A stretch of 64,000 nt of DNA from Candidatus Campbellbacteria bacterium GW2011_OD1_34_28 (GCA_001029775.1 CP011215.1:187187-251186), one strand, 5' to 3'; positions 17,883 through 28,230 are shown, counted from the first letter of the stretch. Numbers and translations are program-made. Notes: generated by a model not told the origin, from the letters alone.

Positions 17883-18587
17883 TTAAAGTTCAACAATCAT
17901 AAAATCATTACATTTGATGGAAAGACCCGATTTTGCCAAACGAGGATTGACCCATCCCTCCACAAGCTTTTTAAAATCGGCCTGTTGTTTTGAATCAAGG
18001 TAGTTGTAAAACTCACTTATTTTTTTTGAATTGGCTTCGTTAAATTCAAGAAGATGATACTTGGCCAAATTAGTAACAACAGATACAGACGCTCCGGGGA
18101 AATTTCCATTCTCAAAGTACTGAGTAAATTTTCCCTCTTTTGCCTCGGGAATTTCTGTCACAAATTTTTTTTCGTCCACAATGATTATCTTGACCGAATA
18201 TTTCAACGGCCTAATTTTCGGATTTGAAGTTACGGGACTCACCGAAGAAAAACCGATCAATTCTGTGGATGGAATATTAAAACAGTCTTTATTATCCAAA
18301 CAAAATTTCCCTATCGGATACTTTACGATAATGCCGTCAGCTTTTTGACTCGCCACATACGAAAGCCCCCAATTGGGATATTCATAATAAAACGGCGAAA
18401 GGCCTACAACGACAACTGTTAAAAAAAGAACCTGAAAGTGATTTATCTTTTTATCCTTTATCAGATAATTAAAAGATTCTTTAGAGAAAGTAAACCAAGG
18501 GAAACAATCCTTAAAATATTTTTCAAGTATTTTCTTTACCGAAAACCACGCCAGAAAAATACAAAGTCCCCATAAAACAAATGCCAT
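17883..18587 (-). CDS. Hypothetical membrane-anchored protein
   Basis: Two N-terminal hydrophobic segments; AAGGGGG before the ATG at 18587. Confidence 0.6.
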   Translation of the reverse strand: MAFVLWGLCIFLAWFSVKKILEKYFKDCFPWFTFSKESFNYLIKDKKINHFQVLFLTVVVVGLSPFYYEYPNWGLSYVASQKADGIIVKYPIGKFCLDNKDCFNIPSTELIGFSSVSPVTSNPKIRPLKYSVKIIIVDEKKFVTEIPEAKEGKFTQYFENGNFPGASVSVVTNLAKYHLLEFNEANSKKISEFYNYLDSKQQADFKKLVEGWVNPRLAKSGLSIKCNDFMIVEL

Positions 18588-18716
18588 AAGAAACCCCCTT
18601 CTCATAAATTGAATTGATATAGAACACCTGTCGTTATTTATAATATAACGAAAAATAATAAGCAAGCACAAACAAAAAACCATACCGTCATTTTGCAAAA
18701 TGACGGTATGGGTTTA

Positions 18717-19840
18717 ATTCGTATCTATTCGTATTATTTGTATCATTCGTATATTGGTATGTTTATCTTCTTTTTTTACCGTGAAAATTTTTGTGAACTT
18801 CACGAAGTTGTTTATCGGTGATGTGTGTATATACCTGAGTTGTTGAAATATTGGAATGTCCCAACATCATTTGCACCGCTCTCAAGTCTGCGCCGTTTTG
18901 TAACAAGTCGGTTGCAAAAGAGTGCCTGATAACATGGGGGGTAACCTTTTTTGAAATACCCGCTTTAATTGCATAATATTTTACGATTCTTTCTATTGAA
19001 CGCGGTGTCAATCTTTTTGTTTCTCCGTTTTTGCTAAAACTTACAAACAGGGCATCCTCCATATCTTTTCTATTATCCAAATATTTTTTCACAGCCCCTT
19101 TTGAATCTTCTGACAAAAAAACAACCCTCACTTTTTCGCCCTTTCCACGAATTGGCATTTCATCTTTTTTCAAATCAATATCACTATTCAGCGAGCAAAG
19201 CTCGGAAACACGCAACCCTGTTGAAAAAAACAATTCCAATATTGCTTTGTCACGCAGACTTTTTAAATCATCCCCATCAGGTGCATTTATCAAACGCAAC
19301 AATTCATCACTGGAAATAAGATCTAGTGATCTGTCGGACACTTTTGCCAATTCTATTCTCTCTGGGGCAAGAGATTTAATTTCTCTTTTTGCCAAATATT
19401 TTAGAAAAACACGCAAAGCAATTAGGTGATAATTTTGAGTTTTCTTTTTTAGGTTGCCGTTGTTTTCTACCCCCGGTTGTCTATTCAACCAAAGACGAAA
19501 TTCTCGCACTGTGCTATCTGTTATTTTCCCAGTATCATTTATATTCGCAAAATCAAAAAATCGTTTTAGATATCTATCATAATTTTCAACTGTTTTAAGA
19601 CTTCGTCCTTTTTCTATTTCCAAATATTCCAAAAATTCCTTTTTTAGATTCTTTAAATCTGACATAAACAGATTATATCACGAAAAATTGTGCGACACGG
19701 GGAGATGGACATACCAATATACGAATGATACGAATAATACAAATGGAAACAAATGAACATTGTTTCAAATTACAATCAAAAATCAGAGATTTTATTCGTA
19801 TCGCATTCGTGTTATTCGCATCATTCGTATATTAGTATAT
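18717..19840. repeat. Nonamer-based (ATACGAAT) arms at 18717-18762, 19709-19754 and 19794-19840
   Basis: 18717-18762 is the reverse complement of 19709-19754 at 41 of 46 positions. Confidence 0.75.
18763..19665 (-). CDS. xerC: Tyrosine recombinase, XerC/XerD family
   Basis: RDKAILELFFSTGLRVSEL, GKGEKVR, TPHVIRHSFATDLL, MLGH, TTQVYTH. Confidence 0.88.
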   Translation of the reverse strand: MSDLKNLKKEFLEYLEIEKGRSLKTVENYDRYLKRFFDFANINDTGKITDSTVREFRLWLNRQPGVENNGNLKKKTQNYHLIALRVFLKYLAKREIKSLAPERIELAKVSDRSLDLISSDELLRLINAPDGDDLKSLRDKAILELFFSTGLRVSELCSLNSDIDLKKDEMPIRGKGEKVRVVFLSEDSKGAVKKYLDNRKDMEDALFVSFSKNGETKRLTPRSIERIVKYYAIKAGISKKVTPHVIRHSFATDLLQNGADLRAVQMMLGHSNISTTQVYTHITDKQLREVHKNFHGKKRR

Positions 19841-19888
19841 TTAATTCAAACCTTGATTTTTATGGGGTGGTGTGCTAGTATTCTAGGC

Positions 19889-20158
19889 ATGTTAACAAAG
19901 ACAAAGAAGGCAAATGCCATCAAAAAAACACAAATTCACGACACAGATACAGGCTCTCCCGAAGCTCAAATTTCTGTTTTAACTAAAAAAATTGACGAAT
20001 TAGCAGAACACCTAAAGAAAAACAACAAAGACAATCACTCAAGAAGAGGTTTACTACAAATGGTAGACGACAGAAGAAAACACCTTAAATATCTAAAGAA
20101 GAAAGATGAGAAGAGATACAAGGATGTTAACAAAAAATTAGGACTAAAGAACAAATAA
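19889..20158 (+). CDS. rpsO: 30S ribosomal protein S15
   Basis: HDTDTGSPEAQIS, KDNHSRRGLL; start at ATG 19889. Confidence 0.95.
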   Translation: MLTKTKKANAIKKTQIHDTDTGSPEAQISVLTKKIDELAEHLKKNNKDNHSRRGLLQMVDDRRKHLKYLKKKDEKRYKDVNKKLGLKNK

Positions 20159-20276
20159 TTTTAAAATCGGCGATCTACTTCGTCGACTACAAGAAAAAGC
20201 CCTTCGTCGTATATTGAATACGCCTCAGGGCTTTTTCTTTTGTCTCCTCGTATATCATCCAATTTTAAAATTATTT
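20153..20276. repeat. Covarying long hairpin, copy 1
   Basis: CTTCGTC-stem-TCGTCGTAT-N5-ATACGCCTC-stem-CCTCG; also at 52352 and 53606. Confidence 0.85.
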
Positions 20277-20497
20277 AAAATAAAAATTATAAATTAATTT
20301 TTAATGTTTTAACCTGCCTCTTTTCTGAAAGAAAAGCAACGACACGGCAGGCAGGTTTTCATTTTTCGACTATTTGAGATACACTTTATATTGATACTAA
20401 AAGTATCAATTTTCATACATCATTATCAATCTATTTTAATATTTAAAAAGCTTTATTTAATTCGTACTTTACGAACTTTATAAACTTTATAACTTAT

Positions 20498-21043
20498 ATG
20501 TCAATTATCAAACACAAAGAACAACGCGTTGGTGTTTTTATAGATGCACAAAATCTTTATCACAGCGCAAAAAATCTGTACCACGGAAAAGTAAACTTTC
20601 AACAAATAATGAAAGATGCTGTCGGAGACAGAGCACTGATCCGAGCAATCGCCTATGTGATAACAACAGAATCTGGGGAAGAATCTAGTTTCTTTGAAGC
20701 ATTAGGAAAACTTGGAATTGAAACAAAAACAAAAGATTTGCAAATCTTTTTAGGCGGAGCAAAAAAAGCCGACTGGGATGTTGGACTTGCGATAGATGCT
20801 GTTAAGATGGCGCCAAAATTGGACAGTATTATTTTGGTTTCAGGAGACGGAGATTTTATTCCTCTGGTTGAATATCTTCAAACAAACGAAGGTTGTCAGG
20901 TAGAAGTGGTTTCATTCGGAAGATCTTCTTCTTCAAAACTAATGGAAAAGGCGGACGACTTTATGGATTTGGATAAAGAATTCAAAAAATATCTTATAAT
21001 GCAGAGAAGGCCTGGAAACAAAAAAAGATCAAACAAAAACTAG
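20498..21043 (+). CDS. NYN domain (LabA/DUF88) protein
   Basis: VFIDAQN, KADWDVGLAID, SGDGDFIPL motifs. Confidence 0.9.
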   Translation: MSIIKHKEQRVGVFIDAQNLYHSAKNLYHGKVNFQQIMKDAVGDRALIRAIAYVITTESGEESSFFEALGKLGIETKTKDLQIFLGGAKKADWDVGLAIDAVKMAPKLDSIILVSGDGDFIPLVEYLQTNEGCQVEVVSFGRSSSSKLMEKADDFMDLDKEFKKYLIMQRRPGNKKRSNKN

Positions 21044-21045
21044 TT

Positions 21046-21663
21046 ATGAAAAAAGCATTTATTTTTGATTGGACAGGAACACTCAGCGACAATTTTCACT
21101 GCTTTAAAAAAGTGTGTGATTCTATTTTTCAAGAATTTGGCAAAGAAATACTTTCTGACGAAGAAATAAGAATGAGCTTTACCACGCCCTATATGAATTT
21201 TTGGAACAAATATATTCCAAATATATCAAAGACCGAAATGGAACATTTATACGAAAAACATATTCAAAAAGCTGGCGAGCCGAATCTGTTTGACGGGGTA
21301 AAAGAAACAGTTGCTCATCTAAAAGAATTGGGCTTTGAAATGTTTGTCGTCAGCCTTGATCCAAAATCAAAACTGGCCATAGAAACTGAGAGGTCAGGAA
21401 TTTCTCATTTTATGACTGAAATAATTGGAGGGGTAGATCACAAAAAAGAAGATTCTATAAATTACTTGATAGAAAAATATAATTTGGACAGAAACAATAC
21501 TTATTTTATTGGAGATACAACAGGGGATATAGTTTCTGGAGAAATAGCAAATATAAAAACAATCGCAATCACTTGGGGAATCCAACACGAAAAAACCCTC
21601 TCCAAAGCAGGCGCTGATTATATAATCGATGATATAATTGAAATCAAGAATATTATAAATTAA
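21046..21663 (+). CDS. HAD-family hydrolase
   Basis: IFDWTGTL motif I, IGDTTGDI motif IV, GADYII. Confidence 0.85.
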   Translation: MKKAFIFDWTGTLSDNFHCFKKVCDSIFQEFGKEILSDEEIRMSFTTPYMNFWNKYIPNISKTEMEHLYEKHIQKAGEPNLFDGVKETVAHLKELGFEMFVVSLDPKSKLAIETERSGISHFMTEIIGGVDHKKEDSINYLIEKYNLDRNNTYFIGDTTGDIVSGEIANIKTIAITWGIQHEKTLSKAGADYIIDDIIEIKNIIN

Positions 21664-21704
21664 AAAAGTATTTAGTAATAAATGTTTAGGAACTATACCC
21701 TAAA

Positions 21705-21724
21705 CCTGCCTGCCGGCAGGCAGG
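21705..21724. repeat. 20-bp palindrome CCTGCCTGCCGGCAGGCAGG
   Basis: Perfect palindrome inside an ACCCTA(A/T) heptamer run; copies or variants at 9833, 10134, 12289, 13287 and 28651. Confidence 0.9.
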
Positions 21725-21751
21725 CCCTATACCCTAAACCCTAATAAAAAT

Positions 21752-22009
21752 ATGCAAACAATAAAAGTTGTAAATATGAAGTGTGGTGGTTGTGAAAAAA
21801 CTGTGACAACCGCTTTAGAAAAAGAAGGTTTCACAAATATTTCTGTAAAAGCACCGGAAGGGATAATCTCTTTTGATGATGGGAATATGGAAAAGGCGGA
21901 AAAAATTTTGAGTAAATTGGGATATCCAAAAGAAGGAACACCAGAAGCGGAAAGTGTTTTGAAAAAAGCAAAATCATATGCTTCGTGTGCAATTGGAAAA
22001 ATGAAATAA
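21752..22009 (+). CDS. Heavy-metal-associated (HMA) domain protein
   Basis: NMKCGGC metal-binding motif, LGY, C-terminal SYASCAIG. Confidence 0.85.
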   Translation: MQTIKVVNMKCGGCEKTVTTALEKEGFTNISVKAPEGIISFDDGNMEKAEKILSKLGYPKEGTPEAESVLKKAKSYASCAIGKMK

Positions 22010-22034
22010 AAAAATAAATTTATAAACAACACTT

Positions 22035-22457
22035 ATGTTAATTCACACAATTGGAATATTTATAGTCATGGGCATTATAACTGCCTTTGTTTCACAATTA
22101 TCAGAAATACCTGTTTTAGATATTATTTTATTATCGACGATTTTGTCGCCATTAGCTCTTCTTCAAAAAGGGTTGCATGGAGAAAAACAAGATTTTATCT
22201 ATTCAGGATCTATAATTTTTAGAAAATATAGCTGGCTTTTTCGTTTATTCTCATTAATTTTTACAATTATTTTTTTTGTAACTCTTTACTATTATGGTCA
22301 AACTAATGGCTTTGGTGTAACAATAATTCTTTTCTTCACCGCCTCAATTGTGCAAGGGGCTTATTATGCACTTATAAAATCAATAGTTCCCGGAGAAGTA
22401 TTTTTAATTCCACTTGAAATAATTGGATTAATTTTGTTTCACACACTTGTACTGTAA
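22035..22457 (+). CDS. Hypothetical integral membrane protein
   Basis: Four to five hydrophobic segments. Confidence 0.6.
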   Translation: MLIHTIGIFIVMGIITAFVSQLSEIPVLDIILLSTILSPLALLQKGLHGEKQDFIYSGSIIFRKYSWLFRLFSLIFTIIFFVTLYYYGQTNGFGVTIILFFTASIVQGAYYALIKSIVPGEVFLIPLEIIGLILFHTLVL

Positions 22458-22546
22458 ATTATTTTCATTTTTTAAAGGAAAAATATTTAATATGCTTACT
22501 CCTATTATTAATTAAAAAAACAATTTTACTAAAATAAGCAAAAATT

Positions 22547-23446
22547 ATGGGAGAAATAACAAACAAAAAAAGACTAAATTTCAAATTTTGGAATCGTGAA
22601 CGGGATTTGAAAATTTTAAAACAAATTGCTATATCTGCTGTAATTTTGGCATCTTTGATTATTATTAGAGATGAAGTTTTTTGGCAAATTGATTCTTCTA
22701 TATCAGAAAATGATTATTCAGCCGATAATAATTACACAGAAGAAGCGGTTTGCAATGTATTAGGTATTGAATTGCATGGTGAACTAACCACATATATTCC
22801 ACCAACAAGCACGGATGAAGAGGGTTTCGCCCTGATTGACTCAACTGCCTCAGAAAATATTGTTTATTTTATTGACGATGCAGAAAATGACAAAACCATA
22901 AAAGCAATAATTTTAGAGGTTGATTCTTATGGTGGCTATCCCGTAGCAGGAGAAGAAATAGCAGTCGCCTTAAAAAACGCAAAGAAGCCAACAGTTGCTT
23001 TAATAAGAGAAGGCGGTGCATCAGCCGCCTATATGGCCGCTAGTGGTGCTGATATAATTTTTGCCTCGGCAAATTCCGATGTTGGTGGTATCGGGGTTAC
23101 TATGTCGTATTTAGATTATGTTCAACAAAATCAAAAAGAGGGTTTGGCTTATGTTCCTCTCAGTTCGGGAAAATTCAAAGATACTGGCGACCCAAACAAA
23201 CCATTATCGCAAGAAGAGAAAAATCTTTTAATGCGAGATATAAATATAATTCATAAAAATTTTGTCAAAATGGTTTCAGAAAATAGAAACTTGGATATTA
23301 AGAAGGTGGGGGAATTAGCAGACGGATCAACCATGCTTGGTGAAATGGCACTACAAAATGGGCTAATTGATCAGATTGGTGGAATGTTTGAGGTCAAAGA
23401 ATATTTAAGAAAAAAAATTGGAGAGGATGTTGAAATTTGCTGGTAA
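22547..23446 (+). CDS. sppA: Signal peptide peptidase SppA (S49 family)
   Basis: VDSYGG, ASAAYMAAS, GGIGV, SGKFKD, GLIDQIG. Confidence 0.85.
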   Translation: MGEITNKKRLNFKFWNRERDLKILKQIAISAVILASLIIIRDEVFWQIDSSISENDYSADNNYTEEAVCNVLGIELHGELTTYIPPTSTDEEGFALIDSTASENIVYFIDDAENDKTIKAIILEVDSYGGYPVAGEEIAVALKNAKKPTVALIREGGASAAYMAASGADIIFASANSDVGGIGVTMSYLDYVQQNQKEGLAYVPLSSGKFKDTGDPNKPLSQEEKNLLMRDINIIHKNFVKMVSENRNLDIKKVGELADGSTMLGEMALQNGLIDQIGGMFEVKEYLRKKIGEDVEICW

Positions 23447-23477
23447 AAGTTTAGATAAAATATTTTAACTAATAAAT

Positions 23478-24017
23478 ATGCTCACAGAAGAAGATAAAAA
23501 AGAAATTGAAAAAATAAGATTTATGTCTGAAATCAAATCTGAGATACGAGATTTAGACTTCCAGCGTAATAGAATTTTTGAACCTTTCCCAAATAATGAT
23601 CCCAAAAGACCTAGGCCAACACATGACGCAGATTTTTACATGGTTTTATTAAGACGTTTATATCGCAGAATTGAGAATGAGCAACATGATTCCCGAGTTG
23701 GAAATTTAAAAGGAAAATTTAACGGAATACACAAAAAAATCAAAATCCGAGATCATTATGAACATAATATAAATTATGAAACATTTCCGCAAACAACACC
23801 TGGTATAATAATGATTGGCTGTGTTGTAATAAATGAAACAAATCCTCATATCGTATCAGGAAATCAGCAATGGCTACTAAAAGAAGATCATGAAAAATTC
23901 AAGAAATTACTCTTAGAATTTGCGGAACTTTATCCGTTTGAACCAAAGCCTAAACAAAAACAATCTTTAGTTTGTAACATTATAAAAAAACTATTTAACA
24001 AATATTGTAAAAAATAG
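23478..24017 (+). CDS. Hypothetical protein
   Basis: 179-aa ORF with normal composition; KIRDHYEH resembles an RxxxxH (HEPN-like) motif, which is weak evidence. Confidence 0.55.
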   Translation: MLTEEDKKEIEKIRFMSEIKSEIRDLDFQRNRIFEPFPNNDPKRPRPTHDADFYMVLLRRLYRRIENEQHDSRVGNLKGKFNGIHKKIKIRDHYEHNINYETFPQTTPGIIMIGCVVINETNPHIVSGNQQWLLKEDHEKFKKLLLEFAELYPFEPKPKQKQSLVCNIIKKLFNKYCKK

Positions 24018-24301
24018 ATATCATATCGAACAACATAACGCATCTGCAAAGACTAAAATCACATTTTGTTATAAAAAATACCACGGCCTTGCCGTGGTAT
24101 TTTTGTTTTCCTTGCATAAAACAACAAAATATCTATAATCAAAGTAGTCGAATTATTAAAAAAATTAATTGTTTGGTTTTTGGATAGGTAGATTTGAAAA
24201 ATCAAATTTTCAGGTCTAAAATTCAAAAATCAAACTTATATATTTTGGGTTATTTCGGGTGCAGTTGCTATACTCCGGATTACGAAACTCGTAATCTTGT
24301 C

Positions 24302-24400
24302 CTGGATTGCTTCGGACTTCGTCCTCGCAAAGACGAATTTCCTTCGGAAATGAACAGCCTTTGGCTGTTCGTCTTCGCGAGCGAAGCGAAGCGATCCAGG
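24302..24400. repeat. REP/RPE-like paired palindrome upstream of pnp
   Basis: CTGGATTGCTTCG...CTCGCAAAGACG ... GTCTTCGCGAGCGAAGCGAAGCGATCCAG. Confidence 0.75.
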
Positions 24401-24480
24401 ATTTTCATAATTCAGAGTACTATAAGCTATAGGCTATCAGCTATAAGCTTCTCGAAAAAACAACCTAAATAAAAAGTAAT

Positions 24481-26661
24481 ATGAAAAGTAAAGAATACAC
24501 ATTAGAAATCGGAGGACAAATAATGACTGCCCAATTCACCGACTTGGCCGACCAAACAAATGGTTCGGTTATCTTGCGTTATGGAGACACTACAATATTG
24601 GCAACCGCCGTAATGTCTAAAAATAGAAAAGAAGGTGCAAACTGGTTTCCCCTGACAGTTGATTACGAGGAGAAATTTTACGCAGCAGGGCAAATTCTTG
24701 GAGGTCGCTTTATGAAGAGAGAAGGAAAGCCATCTGACGAAGCTGTTTTGGGCGGTCGTGTAGTAGACAGAACAATTCGCCCTCTTTTTGACCAATACAT
24801 CAGAAACGAAATACAGGTAATCATCACAGTTCTATCTTTGGGAGATTATGATCCAGATGTCTTGGCGGTAAATGCAGCCTCTCTTGCTTTGGCAGTATCT
24901 GACATTCCTTGGAACGGTCCAGTAAGTGCTGTTAGAATTGGAAAAAATGGAGACTACAAAACAAATCCGACTTATGAATTTATCAAAGACGGTGCTTTGG
25001 AAATGGACCTGGTTGCTTGTGGAAAAGACGGCAATATAAATATGATTGAGGTTGGATCAAAAGAAATCTCAAACGAAACAATCAACGAAGGACTTAGAAG
25101 AGCGTCCGAAGAAATTGAAAAAATACAAGAATGGCAAAAGAAAATAATTTCAGAAATCGGAAAAGAAAAAAAGGTTATGGAAAAAGCACAACTGCTTCCA
25201 GAAACAATTGAACTATTTGAAAAAGAAATTACTCCAAAATTGGAAAGTGCTATTTTTAGTGGCCCCGGAAAAAAGAATATCGAAGAATTGAAAGAAGAAT
25301 GGCAAAAAATATTTACCGAACAAATTCCCGATGAAAATCTTTCTCTGGCATTGGATCACTACGAAGAAACAATTGACGAAATCCTTCACAAAGAAGCAAT
25401 TGAAAACAACAGAAGAGCAGACGGCAGGGGGATGGAAGAAGTCCGTCCTTTGTATGCCCAAGCAGGTGGTATTTCTCCAATCATTCATGGATCAGGAATA
25501 TTCTACCGAGGAGGAACTCACGTTTTTTCAGCCCTAACATTGGGTGGTCCAAAAGATGCACAATTAATTGAAGGGATGGAAGAACAAAGAGAAAAGAAAT
25601 TTATGCACCACTACAACTTTCCTCCCTTTTCATCTGGAGAAACAGGAAGAATGGGCGGAGTAAATAGAAGAGCAGTAGGACACGGAGCATTGGCAGAAAA
25701 AGCATTACTTGCTATTTTGCCAGATAAAGAAGCTTTCCCTTATACAATCAGAATTGTTTCCGAATCAATGGCATCAAACGGATCAACATCTATGGCATCT
25801 GTTTGTGGAAGTACCCTTGCCCTAATGGACGCAGGTGTTCCTATCAAAGCGCCTGTTGCTGGTATTGCTTCTGGATTGATGATGCACGACGAAAACAATT
25901 ACAAACTGCTTACAGATATTCAAGGCCCAGAAGACCATCACGGTGATATGGACTTTAAAGTTGCCGGAACAAGAAGTGGAGTTACCGCAATTCAGATGGA
26001 TGTAAAAGTAGCTGGTATTCCTTTGAAAATTTTGGGTGAAGCATTGGTAGCGGCAGAAAAGGCCAGATTACAAATTCTTGATGTTATAGAAAAAGAAATT
26101 TCTGCACCTCGTCCAAAAATTTCTCCAAACGCCCCTGAAATTTTGATCATCAAAATTAAACAAGATCAGATCGGTGGAGTGATTGGATCAGGAGGAAAAA
26201 CAATTAAAGATATCAAAGAAAAAACAGGTGCCGAGATAGATATTGAAGATGATGGAACTGTTTATATCACAGGAAAAAACGGTTCGGCCCAAGAAGCTAA
26301 AAGAATTGTTGAAGCTATGACACACGAATATGTGGCTGGTGAAAAATTTGAAAAAGCCGAAGTAGTAAAGATCATGGAATTCGGCGCATTTGTCCGAATA
26401 GCTCCTGGAACAGATGGGTTGGTTCATGTTTCAGAAATTGCTCCTTTCAGAGTTGATGATGTTTCAAAAGTATTGAAAGAAGGTCAAATCGTTCCTGTCG
26501 TAATCAAAGAAATTGACGGACAAGGCAGAATGAAACTTTCTATCAAAGCGATAGATCCAAAATTTATTCCAAATCCAGCAGGGGCTGTACCAGCAACACC
26601 GGTACCTCCTGTATCATCTACACCGGACGATTCCAAAACAGAAGAACCAAAACAGGTGTAA
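24481..26661 (+). CDS. pnp: Polyribonucleotide nucleotidyltransferase (PNPase)
   Basis: FPLTVDYEEK, FMHHYNFPPFS, SNGSTSMASVC, EDHHGDMDFKVAG, KH and S1 domains. Confidence 0.97.
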   Translation: MKSKEYTLEIGGQIMTAQFTDLADQTNGSVILRYGDTTILATAVMSKNRKEGANWFPLTVDYEEKFYAAGQILGGRFMKREGKPSDEAVLGGRVVDRTIRPLFDQYIRNEIQVIITVLSLGDYDPDVLAVNAASLALAVSDIPWNGPVSAVRIGKNGDYKTNPTYEFIKDGALEMDLVACGKDGNINMIEVGSKEISNETINEGLRRASEEIEKIQEWQKKIISEIGKEKKVMEKAQLLPETIELFEKEITPKLESAIFSGPGKKNIEELKEEWQKIFTEQIPDENLSLALDHYEETIDEILHKEAIENNRRADGRGMEEVRPLYAQAGGISPIIHGSGIFYRGGTHVFSALTLGGPKDAQLIEGMEEQREKKFMHHYNFPPFSSGETGRMGGVNRRAVGHGALAEKALLAILPDKEAFPYTIRIVSESMASNGSTSMASVCGSTLALMDAGVPIKAPVAGIASGLMMHDENNYKLLTDIQGPEDHHGDMDFKVAGTRSGVTAIQMDVKVAGIPLKILGEALVAAEKARLQILDVIEKEISAPRPKISPNAPEILIIKIKQDQIGGVIGSGGKTIKDIKEKTGAEIDIEDDGTVYITGKNGSAQEAKRIVEAMTHEYVAGEKFEKAEVVKIMEFGAFVRIAPGTDGLVHVSEIAPFRVDDVSKVLKEGQIVPVVIKEIDGQGRMKLSIKAIDPKFIPNPAGAVPATPVPPVSSTPDDSKTEEPKQV

Positions 26662-26746
26662 GGAGTAAGGAGTAAGACAACAAAACAAAAAAGACAGAGG
26701 CAAGGCTTCTGTCTTTTTTGTTTTTAAAACTCTTAACTACGAAACT

Positions 26747-26895
26747 CGTGGATCGCTTCGCTAAAGCTCGCGAAGACGAAATTGAGCAAAGCCCAATTTC
26801 GTGACGAATTTCCTTCGGGAATTCGTCTTTGCGAGGAGGGTAATATTTTTGTTTTTGTTGTAAAAACAAAAACATTATCTAACGAAGCAATCCAT
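26747..26895. repeat. REP/RPE-like paired palindrome downstream of pnp
   Basis: GTGGATCGCTTCGC..GCTCGCGAAGACG ... GTCTTTGCGAGGAG...ACGAAGCAATCC with nested hairpins. Confidence 0.7.
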
Positions 26896-26996
26896 AATAG
26901 ACATTCATCGTTTCTGTTAACAACACTTTAAACTATTTTCCACTCTCTACCCTCTACTTTCTACTTTCTACTCTCTAATATATAATAAACTTAATT

Positions 26997-28160
26997 ATGC
27001 CCGAGGAACCAACAAACAAAGAAGAATACAACGACGAGCCACGAGATAAAGTTATTGAAATATCTGGTGATTCTATTAAGGAACTGGAACCAGAAGGAGA
27101 AAAAACACCGACAGAAATAGTTTCTAAACCAACAGCAGAGGAAATGTTGTTGGAAAAAACCAGTCAGCCAGAAGAAAAAATTGTGGAAACACCCAAAAAA
27201 GAAGCCCTGCCACAAAGTGTTGTTTTTGAACCAGAAAAAGAAGAGATCCAAGACGATTTGAAAGAAAAGGAGGAGAATTCTTTGATGAAAACAATCCGAA
27301 CATACAAAAGTGATGTTGTAGAAGAAATGAAAAAGCAAAAATCGTCTATAACATCGATGGTATTAGCAGAAAAAGATAGACAACAAAAACAAGGAAAATT
27401 TGTTCCAAAAATAAAACCAAATAAAAAAATATTTATTCTATTTGGCGGAACATTTTTGGTACTAGCAATTGGTTTTGCTGGATACTTATTTATAAAACCA
27501 AACACAGGAAATGAAAATCAAGAAATAACAGTTCAACAAATCTCTACCCTTATCCTACCAAACTACAAAAGAGAAATTTATGTAGATAGGGTAAAAAGAG
27601 ATAGCATAATTACAGCCCTACAAAAAGAAAAAGCGGAAACATCAATACCTTTGGGATATGTTATTCAATTTTTCCTAACCACCGAAGACAAAACAAAAAG
27701 TTTTGTTATAGAAGACGAGCCAGATTACAAGCTATTGGTAACAACAGAATCATTTTTTGACGGGATAGAATCAAAAATTCCAAACTCTCTGACAAGAAAT
27801 TTGGGGCAAGAATTTATTTTTGGATATCACTCTTCTCTTGGAAACAATCCTTTTCTAATTTTGAAAGTAAAATCTTATAACAGTGTTTTTGCTGGAATGT
27901 TGGACTGGGAAAAAACAATATACAGAGATCTTTCTCCTGTCTTTGTAAAAGACGATTCAAAAATGTCTTTGGATAACAATCCTTTTCAAGACATTGTTGT
28001 CTCAAACAAAGATGTTCGTGCTATCTTGAATGAAATGGGAAAAATAGAATTGGCATATTCTTTTCCAAATCCAGAAACTTTGATAATTACCAACAACGAA
28101 ACCACATTGCAAGAATTGTATAGAAGAGTGACGAATGCGAGATTGGAGAGAAAGGATTAA
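26997..28160 (+). CDS. Hypothetical single-pass membrane protein
   Basis: Acidic disordered N-terminus, IRTYKSDV motif, one TM segment, AGMLDWE in the C-terminal domain. Confidence 0.7.
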   Translation: MPEEPTNKEEYNDEPRDKVIEISGDSIKELEPEGEKTPTEIVSKPTAEEMLLEKTSQPEEKIVETPKKEALPQSVVFEPEKEEIQDDLKEKEENSLMKTIRTYKSDVVEEMKKQKSSITSMVLAEKDRQQKQGKFVPKIKPNKKIFILFGGTFLVLAIGFAGYLFIKPNTGNENQEITVQQISTLILPNYKREIYVDRVKRDSIITALQKEKAETSIPLGYVIQFFLTTEDKTKSFVIEDEPDYKLLVTTESFFDGIESKIPNSLTRNLGQEFIFGYHSSLGNNPFLILKVKSYNSVFAGMLDWEKTIYRDLSPVFVKDDSKMSLDNNPFQDIVVSNKDVRAILNEMGKIELAYSFPNPETLIITNNETTLQELYRRVTNARLERKD

Positions 28161-28230
28161 AAAACAAGCTTATAGCCAATAGTTGATATAGACGATTTGG
28201 TTTTTAGTTTTTAGTTAATTGTGATAATAT

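Noticed and set aside
18763-19665. Integron integrase
   Set aside because: Length and motifs fit XerC/D; the IntI-specific insertion is not evident and neighbouring hairpins look like terminators rather than attC sites
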